Positions 48,238 through 61,519 of a DNA stretch of 64,000 bases are shown piece by piece. A model generated the notes under the pieces. It was not told the DNA's origin. It saw nothing but the letters and a program-made list of their open reading frames with translations, and ran no database searches. Source of the DNA: Malacoraja senta (taxonomy: Eukaryota); the NCBI GenBank assembly GCA_038087875.1, contig JAXLNO010005853.1, forward strand, positions 62,001 to 126,000, in the 5' to 3' direction. A program made the translations under genes and the position numbers. Within the stretch, counting starts at the first letter, position 1, and the number at the start of each line of letters is the position of its first letter.

Positions 48238-49753
48238 CATAGATCATTTTCCAATGTTCAATAGATTCAGGATCAGTTCCTGTGGATTGGAGGATAGCTA
48301 ATGTTATCCCACTTTTCAAGAAAGGAGCGAGAGAGAAAACGGGGAATTACAGACCAGTTAGCCTGACTTCGGTGATGGGAAAGATGCTGGAGTCAATTAT
48401 TAAAGATGTAATAATGGGGCATTTGGATAGTAGCAAAATGATTAGTCCAAGTCAACATGGATTTATGAAAGGGAAATCATGCTTGACTAATCTTCTGGAC
48501 TTTTTTGAGGATGTGACAAGTAAAATGGATGAAGGGGTGCCAGTGGATGTAGTGTATCTAGACGTTCAGAAAGCCTTTGATAAGGTCTCGCACGGGAGAC
48601 TGGTGACTAAAATTGGAGCACATGGTATTGGGGGTAGGGTGTTGACATGGATAGAAAATTGGTTGGCAGACCGGAAGCAAAGAGTAGGAGTGAACGGGTC
48701 CTTTTCAGAATGGTAGGCAGTGGCGAGTGGAGTGCCGCAAGGCTCGGTGTTGGGGCCGCATCTGTTTACCATATATATTAATGATTTGGAAAAGGGAATT
48801 AGGAGCAACACTAGCAAGTTTGCGGATGACACAAAGCTGGGTGGCAGTGTGAACTGTGAAGAGGATGTTAGGAGGTTGCATGGTGACCTGGACAGGTTGA
48901 GTGAGTGGGCAGATGCGTGGCAGATGCAGTATAATATAGATAAATGAGAGGTTATCCACTTTGGCGGCAAAAACAAGGAGGCAGATTATTATCTCAATGG
49001 GGTTAGGTTAGGTAAGGGGGAGGTGCAGCGAGACCTGGGTGTCCTTGTACACCAGTCACTGAAAGTTGGCATGCAGGTACAGCAGACAGTGAAGAAAGCT
49101 AATGGAATGTTGGCCTTCATAACAAGAGGATTTCAGTATAGGAGTAAAGAGGTTCTTCTGCAGTTGTATGGCGCTCTGGTAAGACCACATCTGGAGTATT
49201 GTGTGCAGTTTTGGTCCCCTAATTTGAGGAAGGCATCCTTGTGATTGAGGCAGTGCAGCGTAGGTTCACGAGATTGATCCCTGGGATGGCGGGACTGTCA
49301 TATGAGGAAAGATTGAAAAGACTAGGCTTGTATTCACTGGAGTTTAGAAGGATTAGGGGGGATCTTATCGAAACATATAAAATTCTAAAAGGACTGGACA
49401 AGCTAGATGCAGGAAAAATGTTCCCAATGTTGGGCGAGTCCAAAACCAGGGGCCACAGTCTTAGAATAAAGGGGAGGTCATTTAAGATTGAGGTGAGAAA
49501 AAACGTTTTCACCCAGAGAGTTGTGATTTTATGGAATTCCCTGCCACAAAGGGCAGTGGAGGCCAAATCACTGGATGGATTTAAGAGAGAGTTAGATAGA
49601 GCTCTAGGGGCTAGTGGAGTCAAGGGATATGGGGAGAAGGCAGGCACGGGTTATTAATAGGGGACGATCAGCCATGATCACAATTAATGGCGGTGCTGGC
49701 TCGAAGGGCCGAATGGCCTCCTGCACCTATTTTCTATGTTTCTATGTTTCTAT
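48238..49753 (+). mobile_element. 5'-truncated CR1 LINE
   Basis: Motifs NYRPVSLTS, QHGFMKGKSCLTNL, VPQGSVLGP and KFADDTK, with in-frame stops; (ctatgttt)n tail; gaca TSD; empty site near 57935. Confidence 0.95.
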
Positions 49754-52700
49754 GACACAGCGTGGAAACAGGCCCTTCGGCTTAACTTGCTCACACACCG
49801 GCCAAAATGACCCAGCTACCAGTTCCACCTGCCTGCGTTTGGAACCAAACCTGTCCTATCCATGTGCCTGTCTAACTGTTTCTTCAACGTTAGGACAGTC
49901 CCTGCCTCAACTACCTCCTCTGGCAGCTCGTCCGTACTTTGTGCGAAAAAGTTACCCCTCAGATTCCTATTAAATCTTTTCACCTTCACCTTAAACGTGT
50001 GTCCTCTGGTCCTCGACTTCCCTACTCTGGGCAAGAGACTCTGTGTGTCTACCCGATCTATTCCTCTCATGATTTTGTACACCTCTATAAGATCATCCCT
50101 CATCCTCCTGCGCTCCAAGGAATAAACGTAACCTCTCCCTTTTGCTAACGGAAGCTCTCCTCCCCTCACGAACCCACCAAACCCTTACCCTCCCATCATA
50201 ATACCAACTGTCTATTCCTATAATAATACCACCCATCTCCTCCCATCATTATACCGCCCATCTCCTCTCCATAATCCTCACCCTCTCCGGCGCGGGGAAG
50301 GTTCTGGGCACGAATACACCAGCGCCATTGTGTACCCGTGACCTTTGGCAACGCGTGGGCGCGGCGGGGAGCGACGGGTCGAGTGGCGGCGAGGAGCGGC
50401 CTCCCTCGGCGGGAAGGAGGGAGGACGGGAGAGAGCCGGTGGGTTTCCGAGAGGGATGGGCGACGGTGACGGGCCAAAGCACCGTGAGTGGAGCCGCCAT
50501 CTCTCAGGCCCTGGGACCCCGGGGTCGGGTCCCGGCATCCCGAGCTGTCTGTGTGGAGCTCGCAACCTTGTCCCCGGCAGCGATCTCCGCTTCACTGCCA
50601 CACACATGAGTCGATGGCTCACTGTTATCAATGATTTTCGTGTAATGCCCGGCAGAAACAGCCCCTTCGGCCCACTGTGTCCGTACTGACCATCAGGAAA
50701 CCATGTACACTGTGTGTAGAAATATCGCAAACATGGGAGCAGTCTTGACCTACCATCAACCTCATTAGAGACTCTAGAACTATCTTTTATTGGACTTTAC
50801 TGGAATTTACCTTGCACTAATGGTTATTCCATTTATCCTGCATTTGTACACTGTGAACGACTCGGTCATGTGTAGTCTTTTTTGCTGACTGCTTTTTTGC
50901 TTAACATATGATAGGTTTACAAGAATGATCCCAGGAATTAGTAGGTTAACATATGATGAGCATTTGACGCATTGGGCCTGTACTCGCTGGAGTTTAGAAG
51001 AATGAAGGGGTGACCATCATTGAAACGAACAGAATAATGAAAGGCTTGGACAGAATGGATGTGGGGAGGATGTTTCCAATAGTGAGATAGTCCAGGACTA
51101 GAGATCATAGCCTCACAAAGCGTGCTGTTATCACACCTATAGATTCTACCAAAATAAATGCTAATTGTGTGAGGCTAACTGGTGTGTAGTTTGTTTATTT
51201 CTCTCAAACACCATTTGTTGCATTTGAAACTTGCAAACCTTCAGGAAACGTTGGAGAAGAAGACGTGAAATTTGGGGCCATTGCGTCCAGTGCATTTTGT
51301 GGTGACAGTGGAAAGTGGCAGTGGCATGGGAGACGTAAGTGTGGAGGGGATGAGCGCACCTGGGAGCAGGGGCAAAGTGGTCTCATGTCAAGACAGAAAT
51401 GGGAGGCGACATGAAGATAAGACCTGAGGTGGGCATCACGTTGAAGTTGGTGGAAATTTCATAGAATGTTCTCATGGATGTGGAGGCTGGTGGGGTAAAA
51501 GATAAGGTCCAGGGGAACTCTAAACCTGTTCTGCCTGGGGGAAGGGAGGGGGGGGGGAGCTGTACGAATGGAGGAGACACAAGTGAGGGCATCATCTACA
51601 ACTGTATGGTGTTGTGGAGTGTGGGGGGCAACCGCGTTTCCTCTAAAAGGAAGACAACCCAGATCTTCTAGGGTGGAAATCACCCATGTTGAAATCATCT
51701 CAAGAAGAGGCTTTCCACTCCAGGAGATCGCAATCAATCAATCACAATAATACTTTATTAGCCAAGTATGTTTTGCAACATACGAGGAATTTCATTTGTC
51801 AAGTCAGTCATACAAATAAAAAGCAACGGACACACAAAATACATTTTAACATAAACATCCACCACAGTGTCTCCTCCACATTCCTCACTGTGAAGGAAGG
51901 CGAAAAAAAGTTCAATCACTTCCCTTATTTGCTCTCCCGCGGTCGGGGGCCTCGAGCCCTCCGTTGACAGGATGATCTTGACTCCTTTAGCTGGTGGCAT
52001 TTGGGCCCTCCGCATCATCAGCTCCTGCGTCGGGAGGATGTCAGCTCCCCCCGCCGGCGATCGGACCCCCGGGTCTGGGCTGCTCGAACCTCTGCGTCGT
52101 TGGAGCTCCTGACCCGGCCTCTCCCGAGACTGCAAGCTCGATGGTAAAGTCCGCAGGCCGCGATTGGAGCGATCCCAGGTAAGGGATCAGATTCGATGTT
52201 AAGTCCACGACCTGCACAGGGTCCCTAAAGTCAGTCCGAGGAGGCCTCCAGCTCCACTGATGTTAGGCCGCAGAGCGACTGGAGATATGACCCCGAAAAC
52301 ATGGCTTCTCCGGCAAGGTAAGAGACTGAAAAATAAAGTTTCCCCCTCCCCCTTACTCCTCCCCCCTCATAAAACAAACCGGAGAACATTTACAGAAACT
52401 TTAAAAACACACTAAAAATTATAAAAAGGACAGCAAAACAGACACGACTGTTGGCGGGGCTGCCAATCGTGCGCCACCCCTGGTGGTACAGGCAGTATGG
52501 GTTTGGGGAATTGTCAGGTTGGTGGTTTTCGTGGAAAGTGATGAGGTGTTATGGAATGGGAGACAGAGGTCTGCTGGCTGTTCATAGGTCACTATACGAG
52601 GAGGTGTTCAAAGAGCTGTCCCGTGGACACACCAAGGGTGAATGGAATAGATCTATCAGATGGTATGTCCAGAACGAGGGTGGATCTGATCTACGGTAGA

Positions 52701-54188
52701 AATGTGTGAACAAGTGCTGATGGAACTGTGAACATTTCACAATTACCCCCATGCTGCTCAATAAAACTTTGTATCTTCACCTTTTCCCATGCCCACCCCA
52801 GCTTTTGCAGACTTTTACAGGACGATTTTATAGAATACGATTCACCAAGAGAATCAGATGAAAAGGCAGCCCTTTCGTACCAGGACAGGAAAATAAAATG
52901 ACTCCTTGACAAATAACAAGAGCAACACAGTAGACTGTAAATCAAATGGCAGTAAAGTTGAGGAAGGGGAGAAGACCAGGGTGGGGACATTAAAAAAGGG
53001 AGCACTGTCAGAGCCGGATTTACGTATAAGCTTGACAAGCTTAAGCTTAGGGCCTCGAGATCTAGGGGGGCCTCGCAGAGCCAGATTTACCACTAGGCTT
53101 CATAGACTGAAGCTTTGGGCCTCGAAATCTAGGGGGCCTCTGGCCAAGGCAGGACACCTGGCGTTCAACTCTGGGCGGGCCCCCCTCTCTATCTCTCTCT
53201 CTCTCTGTCTGTCAATCTCCGTCTCCGCCCGCCATCCGTATCCGTGTCCAGGCCGCCGGGTCTCCGCTCTCCGCTCGCTCCTCATCCGCCGGCACGGCAG
53301 GCCGCCTAGCACATGCGCACTGCTACGGCCAGCACATCCTCCCCCCTGCACATGCGCACAACCACGGCCCTCACATCATCGGCCGCCCTGCACATGTGCA
53401 CTGCCACGGCAACTGGTCAGCGCTGGGCACTTTCTCCCTCCCTTTGAATTGTGGGAGATCTGGCCGCCATTGCTGTCCGGTCGCCACCTCGCCACGACCG
53501 CTGAAAACCAACTCAGAATCACTCCCTGAACCTGGATCTGGAGCAACTCCCTGGAGTAACTCTTGCTTCTGGTTTCCTGGTCCTCCATAAATATTCTAAA
53601 TGGAATGTAAACTGGAGGTGGTGGAGGGCGGAACAATAACAGCCTATTGCATTTTATCTGTTTATTTATTATGTATATATATGGTCTAAGGTATATAAAC
53701 ACACTGAACTTTTATCTCCTGTTCTGTATTATGTTGACATATTCTGTTGTGCTGCAGCAAACAAGAATGTCATTGTCCTATCTGGGACACATGACAATAA
53801 AACTCTCTTGACTCTTGACTTGGACTTAAGCAAAAAAGGGTTCTAGGGGAAAAAGGAGGTACCTTAAATTTAGTTGTGTCTGGTTGGGTAACTATGGTAG
53901 GGTGAAGACTATTCCATGCTTTAATTGTGCGGGGGAACTCCATGGAGCAGCCAGTAACTGGATAGAAAAAATTGGGTGACGTTTTGGGTAGAGACCCTTC
54001 TTTAGAATCCCTCTGGTTTTAGTGATTTTAGTTTAATTTAAAGATACAGCGTGGAAACTGGCCCTTTGACCCACCGAGTCCACGCCGACCACCGATCACC
54101 CGTACACTAGTTCTATCCCACACATTAGCGGAGTAAGTCAAGAGTCAAGAATGTTTTATTCTCTCACATCCCAGTTAGAACAATGAAA

Positions 54189-54423
54189 NNNNNNNNNNNN
54201 NNNNNNNNNNNNNNNNNNNNNNNNNNNNNNNNNNNNNNNNNNNNNNNNNNNNNNNNNNNNNNNNNNNNNNNNNNNNNNNNNNNNNNNNNNNNNNNNNNNN
54301 NNNNNNNNNNNNNNNNNNNNNNNNNNNNNNNNNNNNNNNNNNNNNNNNNNNNNNNNNNNNNNNNNNNNNNNNNNNNNNNNNNNNNNNNNNNNNNNNNNNN
54401 NNNNNNNNNNNNNNNNNNNNNNN
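54189..54423. other. Assembly gap (235 N)
   Basis: Run of N. Confidence 1.
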
Positions 54424-55094
54424 NGTTCTATCATATAGTATCGTGTGTGTAGGAACTGCAGATGCTGGTTTAAACTGAAGATAGACACAAAAAGCTGGAA
54501 TAACTCAACAGGTCAGACAGAATCTCTGGACAAAAGGAAAATATTACGTTTTGGGTTGGGTCTGAAAGGTTCCTGCACACCTTTGGAATGTGGAAGGAAA
54601 CAAGAGCACCCGGAGAAAACCCACGCGATCAAAGAGAAAAGGAGCAAACTCCATACAGACAGCGCCCATATTCAGGATCAATTCCGGGTCTCTGGCACTT
54701 TTAGGCAGCAGCTTTATGGCAAATGTACTGCCCCATAATCTTGAACTTAATTAAAACATACAGTAGCTGTAAAGGGGGACATAGCGTCACTTGGAGATTT
54801 AAAACTGAAAATGAATATTTTCCTTTTCTTAGTAACCAAAGTTATCAATGTATAATTTTTTGTGTGTTGGAAAACAAAATATAGTGGCACAGCTGGTAGA
54901 CTTGCTGTCTCACACGCCAGAGATCTGTGTTTGATCCTGTCCTCAGGCACTGTCTGTGTTGAATTTGCACATTCTCCCTGTAAGCGTGTGGGTTTCCTCC
55001 CACATCCCAAAGATGCATTGGCTTTGTAGGTTAACTTGTCTCTGTAAAATTGCCCCTAATATGTAGGGAGTGGATAAGGAAAGTGGGATAACTG

Positions 55095-56222
55095 AACTTG
55101 TGTGAATGGGTAGACAAAAATGCTGGAGATACTCAGCGGGTGAGGCAGCATCTATGGAGCGAAGGAAATAGGTGACGTTTCGGGTCGAGACCCTTCTTCC
55201 TACTGATGTGAGGGTGGGGGGGACGGGAAGAAGAAAGGAAGAGGCGGAGACAGTGGGCTGAGGGAGAGCTTGGAAGGGGAGGAGAAAGCAGGGATTACCT
55301 GAAATTGAAAAGTCAATGTTCATACCGCTGGGGTGTAAACTGCCCAAGCGAAATATGAGGTGCTGCTCCTCCAATTTACAGTGGCCTCACTCTGGCCATG
55401 GAAGAGGCCCAGGACAGAAAGGTCGGATTCGGAATGGGAGGGGGAGTTGAAGTGCTGAGCCACCGGGAGATCAGGTTGGTTATTGCGGACTGAGCGGAGG
55501 TGTTGGACGAAGCGATCGCCAAGCCTATGCTTGGTCTCACCGATATAGAGCAGCTGACACCTAGAGCAGTGGATGCAATAGATGAGGTTGGAGGAGGTGC
55601 AGGTGAACCTCTGCCGCACCTGGAAAGACTGCTTGGGTCCTTGAATGGAGTCAAAGCAACAAGTGTTTGGGTGGTTTGGGTGGTAAGGGACGAATTGACC
55701 AGGGTGTTATGGAGGGAGCGGTCTCTGCGGAAAGCCATCAGGGGAGGAGATGGGAAGATGTGGCCAGTGGTGGGTCCCATAGGTAGACAAAAAAGCTGGA
55801 GAAAAATCACCGGGTAAGGCATCATCTATGGAGCGAAGGAATAGACGACGTTTCGGGTCGAGACCCTTCTTCAGATTGATGTCGGGGGGGGGACATGAAA
55901 AAGAAAGGAAGAGGTGGAGACAGTAGGCTGTGGGAGAGCTGGGAATGGGCGAGGAAGGAGGGAGAAAGCAAGGACTACCTGAAATTAGAGAAGCCAATGT
56001 TCATACCGCTGGGGTGTAAACTACCCAAGCGAATATGAGGTGGAGCTCCTCCAATATGCGATGGCCCTCACTCTGGCCATGGAAGAGGTCCAGGACAGAA
56101 AGGTCGGATTCGGAATGGGAAGGGGAGTTGAAGTGTTGAGCAACCGGGAGATCAGGTTGGTTATTGTGAACTGAGTAGATGTGTTGTGCGAAGCGTTCGC
56201 CAAGCCTGCGCTTGGTCTCACC
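55095..56222 (-). mobile_element. Two tandem Penelope-like 3' fragments (GIY-YIG endonuclease)
   Basis: ORF 55320..55619 reads NLIYCIHCSRCQLLYIGETKHRLGDRF..HL; a partial repeat lies at 56001-56222. Confidence 0.85.
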
Positions 56223-57489
56223 AAGGTTGATCATACGCTGAATAATCCAACCACATTTCTGTTTGGAAGTGGAAAGAAATAATAGAAATTGCATTCATTG
56301 CAACGTGTAAAAAGAGTTGAGATACTGTATTATAATTTTGCTGTGTGTCATTGTGGTATATATCATGTCTTGATTGGTGAATATGTTTAGTTTGTGACTT
56401 TATTTGAAGCAAAAATATGTAAATGCTTCATTGAGCATAATTCCATCTGGTAACAACGCACTTCGTCCGAACACATTATCGCACGCGTCATGCAAGCCGT
56501 CTTAAATGACGACCTAAACTGACATTTGGCAACTTAAAAAGCTGCCAAGGTTGCCCGGCTGATAACGGAGAAAAAAAAATAAGTGAGATCCCTGCAAGGT
56601 GTATGATATTTTTGAAACTGTCATAGGCATTTCTTACATACGCTGTCACAACGCACTGTAGTATCTAAACAACCCTTCAGTAATTTTCCTTGCCCTCCAT
56701 TTCAGAATAATAGTGTTTTAAGCCAATAACTCAACACTAGCACTGGCAATAAATAAATAAATAAAAAAGCGCGGCTTTCCAGCCCCTTATCTCATTGGCA
56801 ACGCTCGGCTGCAAATCGGTGTCAATCTGGTGGACCATCTTCCTCTAGTCGTGGGGGTGGGGGATTGGGAGGGCCCTCACAAGTGGAACAGCTTAGGGCC
56901 TCTCTTCATCTAATCCGGCCCTGAGCACTGTGAGCAGAGTTGCAAGGTTCAACCATTGATTCCGGATGTTTCTCTCTGTAGGGGAGACATTCAGGATAGG
57001 GCTTAGACTGGAGTGGAGAAGATTGTAGAAATATCAAGCTGCCAACAGAAATTGTTGAATATTTCATAGACATGGATCACACTGAGCACAGGAACAGGCA
57101 CTCGGCCCATTACCTCCATTCTGACCATCCAATGCCCTCCAGTACTGATCCTACTTACCTGCACTTAGTCCACGAAGGGGAAGGGGAGGGGGTGGGTGGA
57201 TTCACTCGCGTTGTAGAAACTTCCACGGACACTCAGCTTCCATCACACCACACGGTCAGGCCAGCAGGCTATGTTTCCCCCGGATTTCTCCCTATCCCAC
57301 TGGATCTCTCCTTATCCCTCTGGATCTCCCCCTCTCCCTCAGGATCTCTTACGCAAGACCTCTCCATCTTCCTCAGGTTCTGTTTCCTCCATCAGGAGCA
57401 CTCGTTCTCCCTCAGGATCTCTCCCTTCCCTCTAGGCCTCCACCAACCACCCACAGCTGGAGCAGCAACAATGGTACACCATCTCTCCA

Positions 57490-57918
57490 TCCCCAGCGAC
57501 CACCCGCACTCCCTTCACAAACCCTCCCCCCCTCTCACAAATTCACCCATCCAGTCTTCTCTACTCAAACCCTCCCGTTCCCTCCCCTCACAAACTCACC
57601 CATCCCCTCCCCTCACAAACTCACCCATCCCCTCCCCTCACAAACCCATCCAGTCCCCTCCCCTCACAAACACATCCCACTCCCTGCCCTCACAAACCCA
57701 TCCAGTCCCCTCCCCTCACAAACCCATCCCGTCCCCTCCCCTCACAAACCCATCCCGTCCCCTCCCCTCACAAACACATCCCATCCCTGCCACTCTCCTC
57801 ACAAACCCTCCCATCCCCTCCTCTCACAAACTCACCCATCCCCTCCCCTCCATAATCCACCCATCGCCTCTCCCCACAAACCCTCCCATCTCGTCCCCTC
57901 CCCTCACAAATCCACTCT
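57490..57918 (+). repeat. C/A-rich minisatellite (~20-bp ccctcccctcacaaacccat), expanded in unit 2
   Basis: About 430 bp here versus about 110 bp at 48105-48215 in unit 1. Confidence 0.85.
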
Positions 57919-58877
57919 AAGAACGTCATAGAGTGATACAGCGTGGAAACAGGCCCTCCGGCCCAACCTGCCCACACACCGGCCAACATGTCCCAGCTAC
58001 ACTAGTTCCACCTGCCTGCGTTTGGACCCAAACCTGTCCTATCCATGTGACTGTCTAAATGTTTATTCAATGTTAGGACATTCCCTGCCTCAACTACCTC
58101 CTCTGGCAGCTCGTCCATACTTTGTGCGATAAAGTTACCCCTCAGATTCCTATTAAATGTTTTCACCTTCACCTTAAACGTGTGTCCTCTGGTCCTCGAC
58201 TCCCCTACTCTGGGCAAGAGACTCTGTGTCTACCCGATCTATTCCTCTCATGATTTTGTACACCTCTATAAGATCATCCCTCATCCTCCTGCGCTCCAAG
58301 GAATAAACTTAACCTCTCCCTTTCGCTCACGGAAGCTCTCCTCCCCTCACGAACCCACCAAACCCGTACCCTCCCATCATAATACCACCTGTCTATTCCA
58401 ATCATAATACCACCCATCTCCTCTCTTTATCCCACCTGTCTCCTCCCATCATAATACCACCCATCTCCTCTCCATAATCCTCATCCTCTCCGGCGCGGGA
58501 AAGGTTCTGGGCGAGAAGACACCGGCGCCATTTTGTACTCGTGACCGTTGGCAATGCGTGGGCGTGGAGGGGAGCGACGGGCCGAGTGGCGGTGAGGAGC
58601 GGCCACCCTCGGCGGGAAGGAGGGAGGACAGGAGAGAACCGGTGGGTTTCCGAGGGGGATGGGCGAAGGCCGGTGAGGCGGTCAGCGGGGCAGGTCGCCG
58701 GGGACGGTCCGAAGCACCGCGAGTGAAGCCGCCACCGCCGCTGCCTGTCAGGCCCAGGGACCCCGGGGTCGGGTCCCGGCCTCCTGAGCTGTCGGTGTGG
58801 AGCTCGCAACCATCTCCACTTCCTTCCTACACACGTGAGTCGATGTCTCACTGTTATCAATGATCTTCCTGGTAATG

Positions 58878-61249
58878 TAGGAATGTTACAACATTTTGAG
58901 ATTAAAAAAATCAAGCCTGTAATTTATCCCATCAGATAAAGCATAAAAAGAACTTTAATTTGATATCTAATTCACTTTCATATCTTCAGTATTAAAAAGG
59001 TTATCGTAATTTTCATACTCGGAAATTAGCATCTTGTTCCCTATTGCTTTTCCATTGACTTAACACAAAAGTTGTGATCGAGGACAGTCAAAAGCCCATA
59101 ACTTTCTTAAACATTAAGAGAACTGAAAGAAAATTTCAGTTATTATAGATTGAAGCATTCTGAAACAAATATGAAACATCTTACTTCGATGACCTGAAAT
59201 GAAAGCATATAATTAGTTAGTTACCTAATTATAGCTAATTACAAAATTGACCGTTGTGACGGAAATAGTAATAAACACCCAGACTGCCTTGAAAATTCAA
59301 AAATGTGATATTCTCAAGATCAGAACTTTAATATTATTGTATTATATGCTGTAAGTCCATAACAGATAGGTAAATAAATTACAATTTCTAGCAATAGACC
59401 AAGTCTTTATGGAGAAGATCAGTTGCTAGCTGGTACATTGGCATATCATAATCAGTAGCATCATCATCATACTCCTCACATTGTAACCAATAAACAACTC
59501 TGTACACCTTGTTTTTCCTCAACTTTTCTACTTTGGCATTGTAAACTACAGGTTTTTGCTCTTCAAACCACACATGACATGCCTTTCTGCCCATTACTTT
59601 CCCATTAAGAATGTTCTGTAGATCATCACATTTGGAGTAGTCCAAATTCGGATCATCTCTGCGAATGCTGTCTAAATCTGTTTCTTTTGCTGGGCATTTG
59701 GACTGACAATTTTGCATTTCTTCTTTGGAGACATCGTATATAATGTAAAGAAAAAAACTCACTGAACAGCATTAACAGAAACCTCATCCTATTCCTGCCA
59801 TTTTTGGGCTACTAACGTTAGATTCTTCTTATCTGTCCCATTCCGCCCATCGGCTGATTGCTTTTACTACATTAATTGCCAGAAGATCTATTTTATTTAA
59901 ATGGAAAGACTCTAATCCTCCTACCACACTCCATTGGAATTCTGAAACGATATCATGTTCAAATTTAAAAACAATTAGGAGTGATATTGTTGAACCCTTG
60001 GTTCAATTTGATAGGACTTGGGGAGCTTTATTGAACATTTTCACACATTATAAATTGTTCCCTCTCCAACCGTTATAATAATTATTTTACCTTTATACGG
60101 TGGAACGGACTTGGTGACAAACAGGGACTTAAATTGTTGAAATTCTTTGCAGCCCAGATTTAGTTTTGCTTATTTTAGTTTAGGGAGTTTTGTTTTTCTC
60201 TTTACTTTGAGGTCTATACTCAATGTGTATTTGGACACTGCTCATACTCAGGTTATACTTGTTATTAATGTAACCCTGATCCCTATGGATCAATATCACT
60301 GTTATGTTTATCATTATTTTTTTTGTTTTGTTTTTGTTTTTGAAAAAAATTAATAAAAAGATTTTAAAAGAAAGAAAGAAACAAGTTATAATTTGCATTT
60401 TTAGAAAAAAAGGAAGAAATGATAACGTTAAACGCTAAAACAAATAGTAAATACCCAACAAAAATTCAAACAATTAATTCATCTATTCAATTAAATTCAT
60501 CTAAATTCAATTATTCGATCTAAACATCTATCCATTTCTTAAGAAAATGCTAATTTTTTTAAATAGCCTAAGTATCCAAATAACAAATAACAAACTGATC
60601 CCATTCACACACGTTCACAATATAACATGATTTTTAAATCTCACTTTGTCATGAATTTATATGCAAATGGAAGGAATTTAATGTTTAATTCCTGTAAATT
60701 AATTGAGAAACATCCACTCTCAAGATAAAATAATTATTTTTTGCACAATACATCTGACTAAAACTGTTGTGGATATTTAGTGTGAAAATATTGATCATGT
60801 TGCCGTTGCCGTAAATTTTAAGCCAATATCGGCAGGCAAGACATGGCCGATTCGTATGGGGGCCTAAATAACATTTTCGCCTCATAAGATAAAAAATAAA
60901 GTCACACCAAAAAGCAAAATAATATGTTAAATATAAGACATACCTTTTGTTTTGTCCTGCACTTGCGATCAGTGATGTTGAAGGCGGTGAAGGCTTTTTT
61001 AGTCGCGTTTAAGTTTAATACAGCGACGCAATGGTGCAGCAATTTTTTTAATTAAACCCGCGAGCGGAAGGGCGAACGATTTTTCTTCTTCAGCTAGCAG
61101 CCCGAGGAAATCCCTCTCCGACAACCAATACAAACCTGCATTTTAATCCCGCCCCCCCACCCCACCCGCGCCCCAAAGATTCCGAAATTGCACGCACCGG
61201 GAGTGGCAGATTTGTAGTTCCGCTGATTACAGGTTTTGTAACAAAGCTA
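58878..61249. mobile_element. TIR DNA transposon with TAG..CTA ends and 7-bp TSD (long copy, with coding remnant)
   Basis: Ends are taggaatgttacaa and ttgtaacaaagcta; TSD ggtaatg/ggtaata; empty site near 50640. A minus-strand ORF remnant lies at 59388-59762, and both ends are homologous to 15286-16314. Confidence 0.8.
59765..60380 (+). mobile_element. 5'-truncated L1/Tx1-type LINE (ORF2 C-terminus, 3' UTR, A-rich tail) nested in the transposon
   Basis: The + frame reads PAIFGLL..IAFTTLIARRSILFKWKDSNPP..W..QFDRTW, typical of fish-type L1 ORF2 C-termini; it ends in AATAAA and an A-rich tail. Confidence 0.65.
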
Positions 61250-61519
61250 GGTAATATCCGGTAGAAACAGGCCCTTCGGCCCACTGAGCCTGTACTGACC
61301 ATCAGGAAACCATGTACACTGTGTGTAGAAATATCGCTAACAAGGGAGCAGTCTTGATCTACCATCAACCTCATTAGAGACTCTAGAACTATATTTTATT
61401 GGACTTTACTGGAATTTACCTTGCACTAAAGGTTATTCCCTTTCTCCTGCATTTGTACACTGTGAACGGCTTGATCATGTATAGTCTTTTTTGCTGACTG
61501 CTTTTTTGCTTAACACATG

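Larger units (their letters stand above)
44781..51111 (+). repeat. Tandem segmental duplication, unit 1
   Basis: Its blocks (Penelope/LINE block, 47326-48237 block, GC-rich block, 50650-51111 block) recur in the same order at 51113-61720. Confidence 0.9.
53009..56923. mobile_element. Non-autonomous hAT-type DNA transposon with nested SINEs and Penelope fragments
   Basis: TIRs cagagccggatt and cagggccggatt (reverse complement); 8-bp TSD agcactgt at 53001-53008 and 56924-56931; empty site in unit 1 near 47540. Confidence 0.9.

Noticed and set aside
46374-49753. Intact autonomous CR1 retrotransposons
   Set aside because: Both copies are 5'-truncated and have in-frame stops (near 46577, 48716 and 48947).
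57072-57920. 282-aa ORF with PSPPLTN repeats
   Set aside because: Its length comes from the C/A-rich minisatellite expansion; the unit 1 paralogue is only 162 aa and has no recognisable domain.
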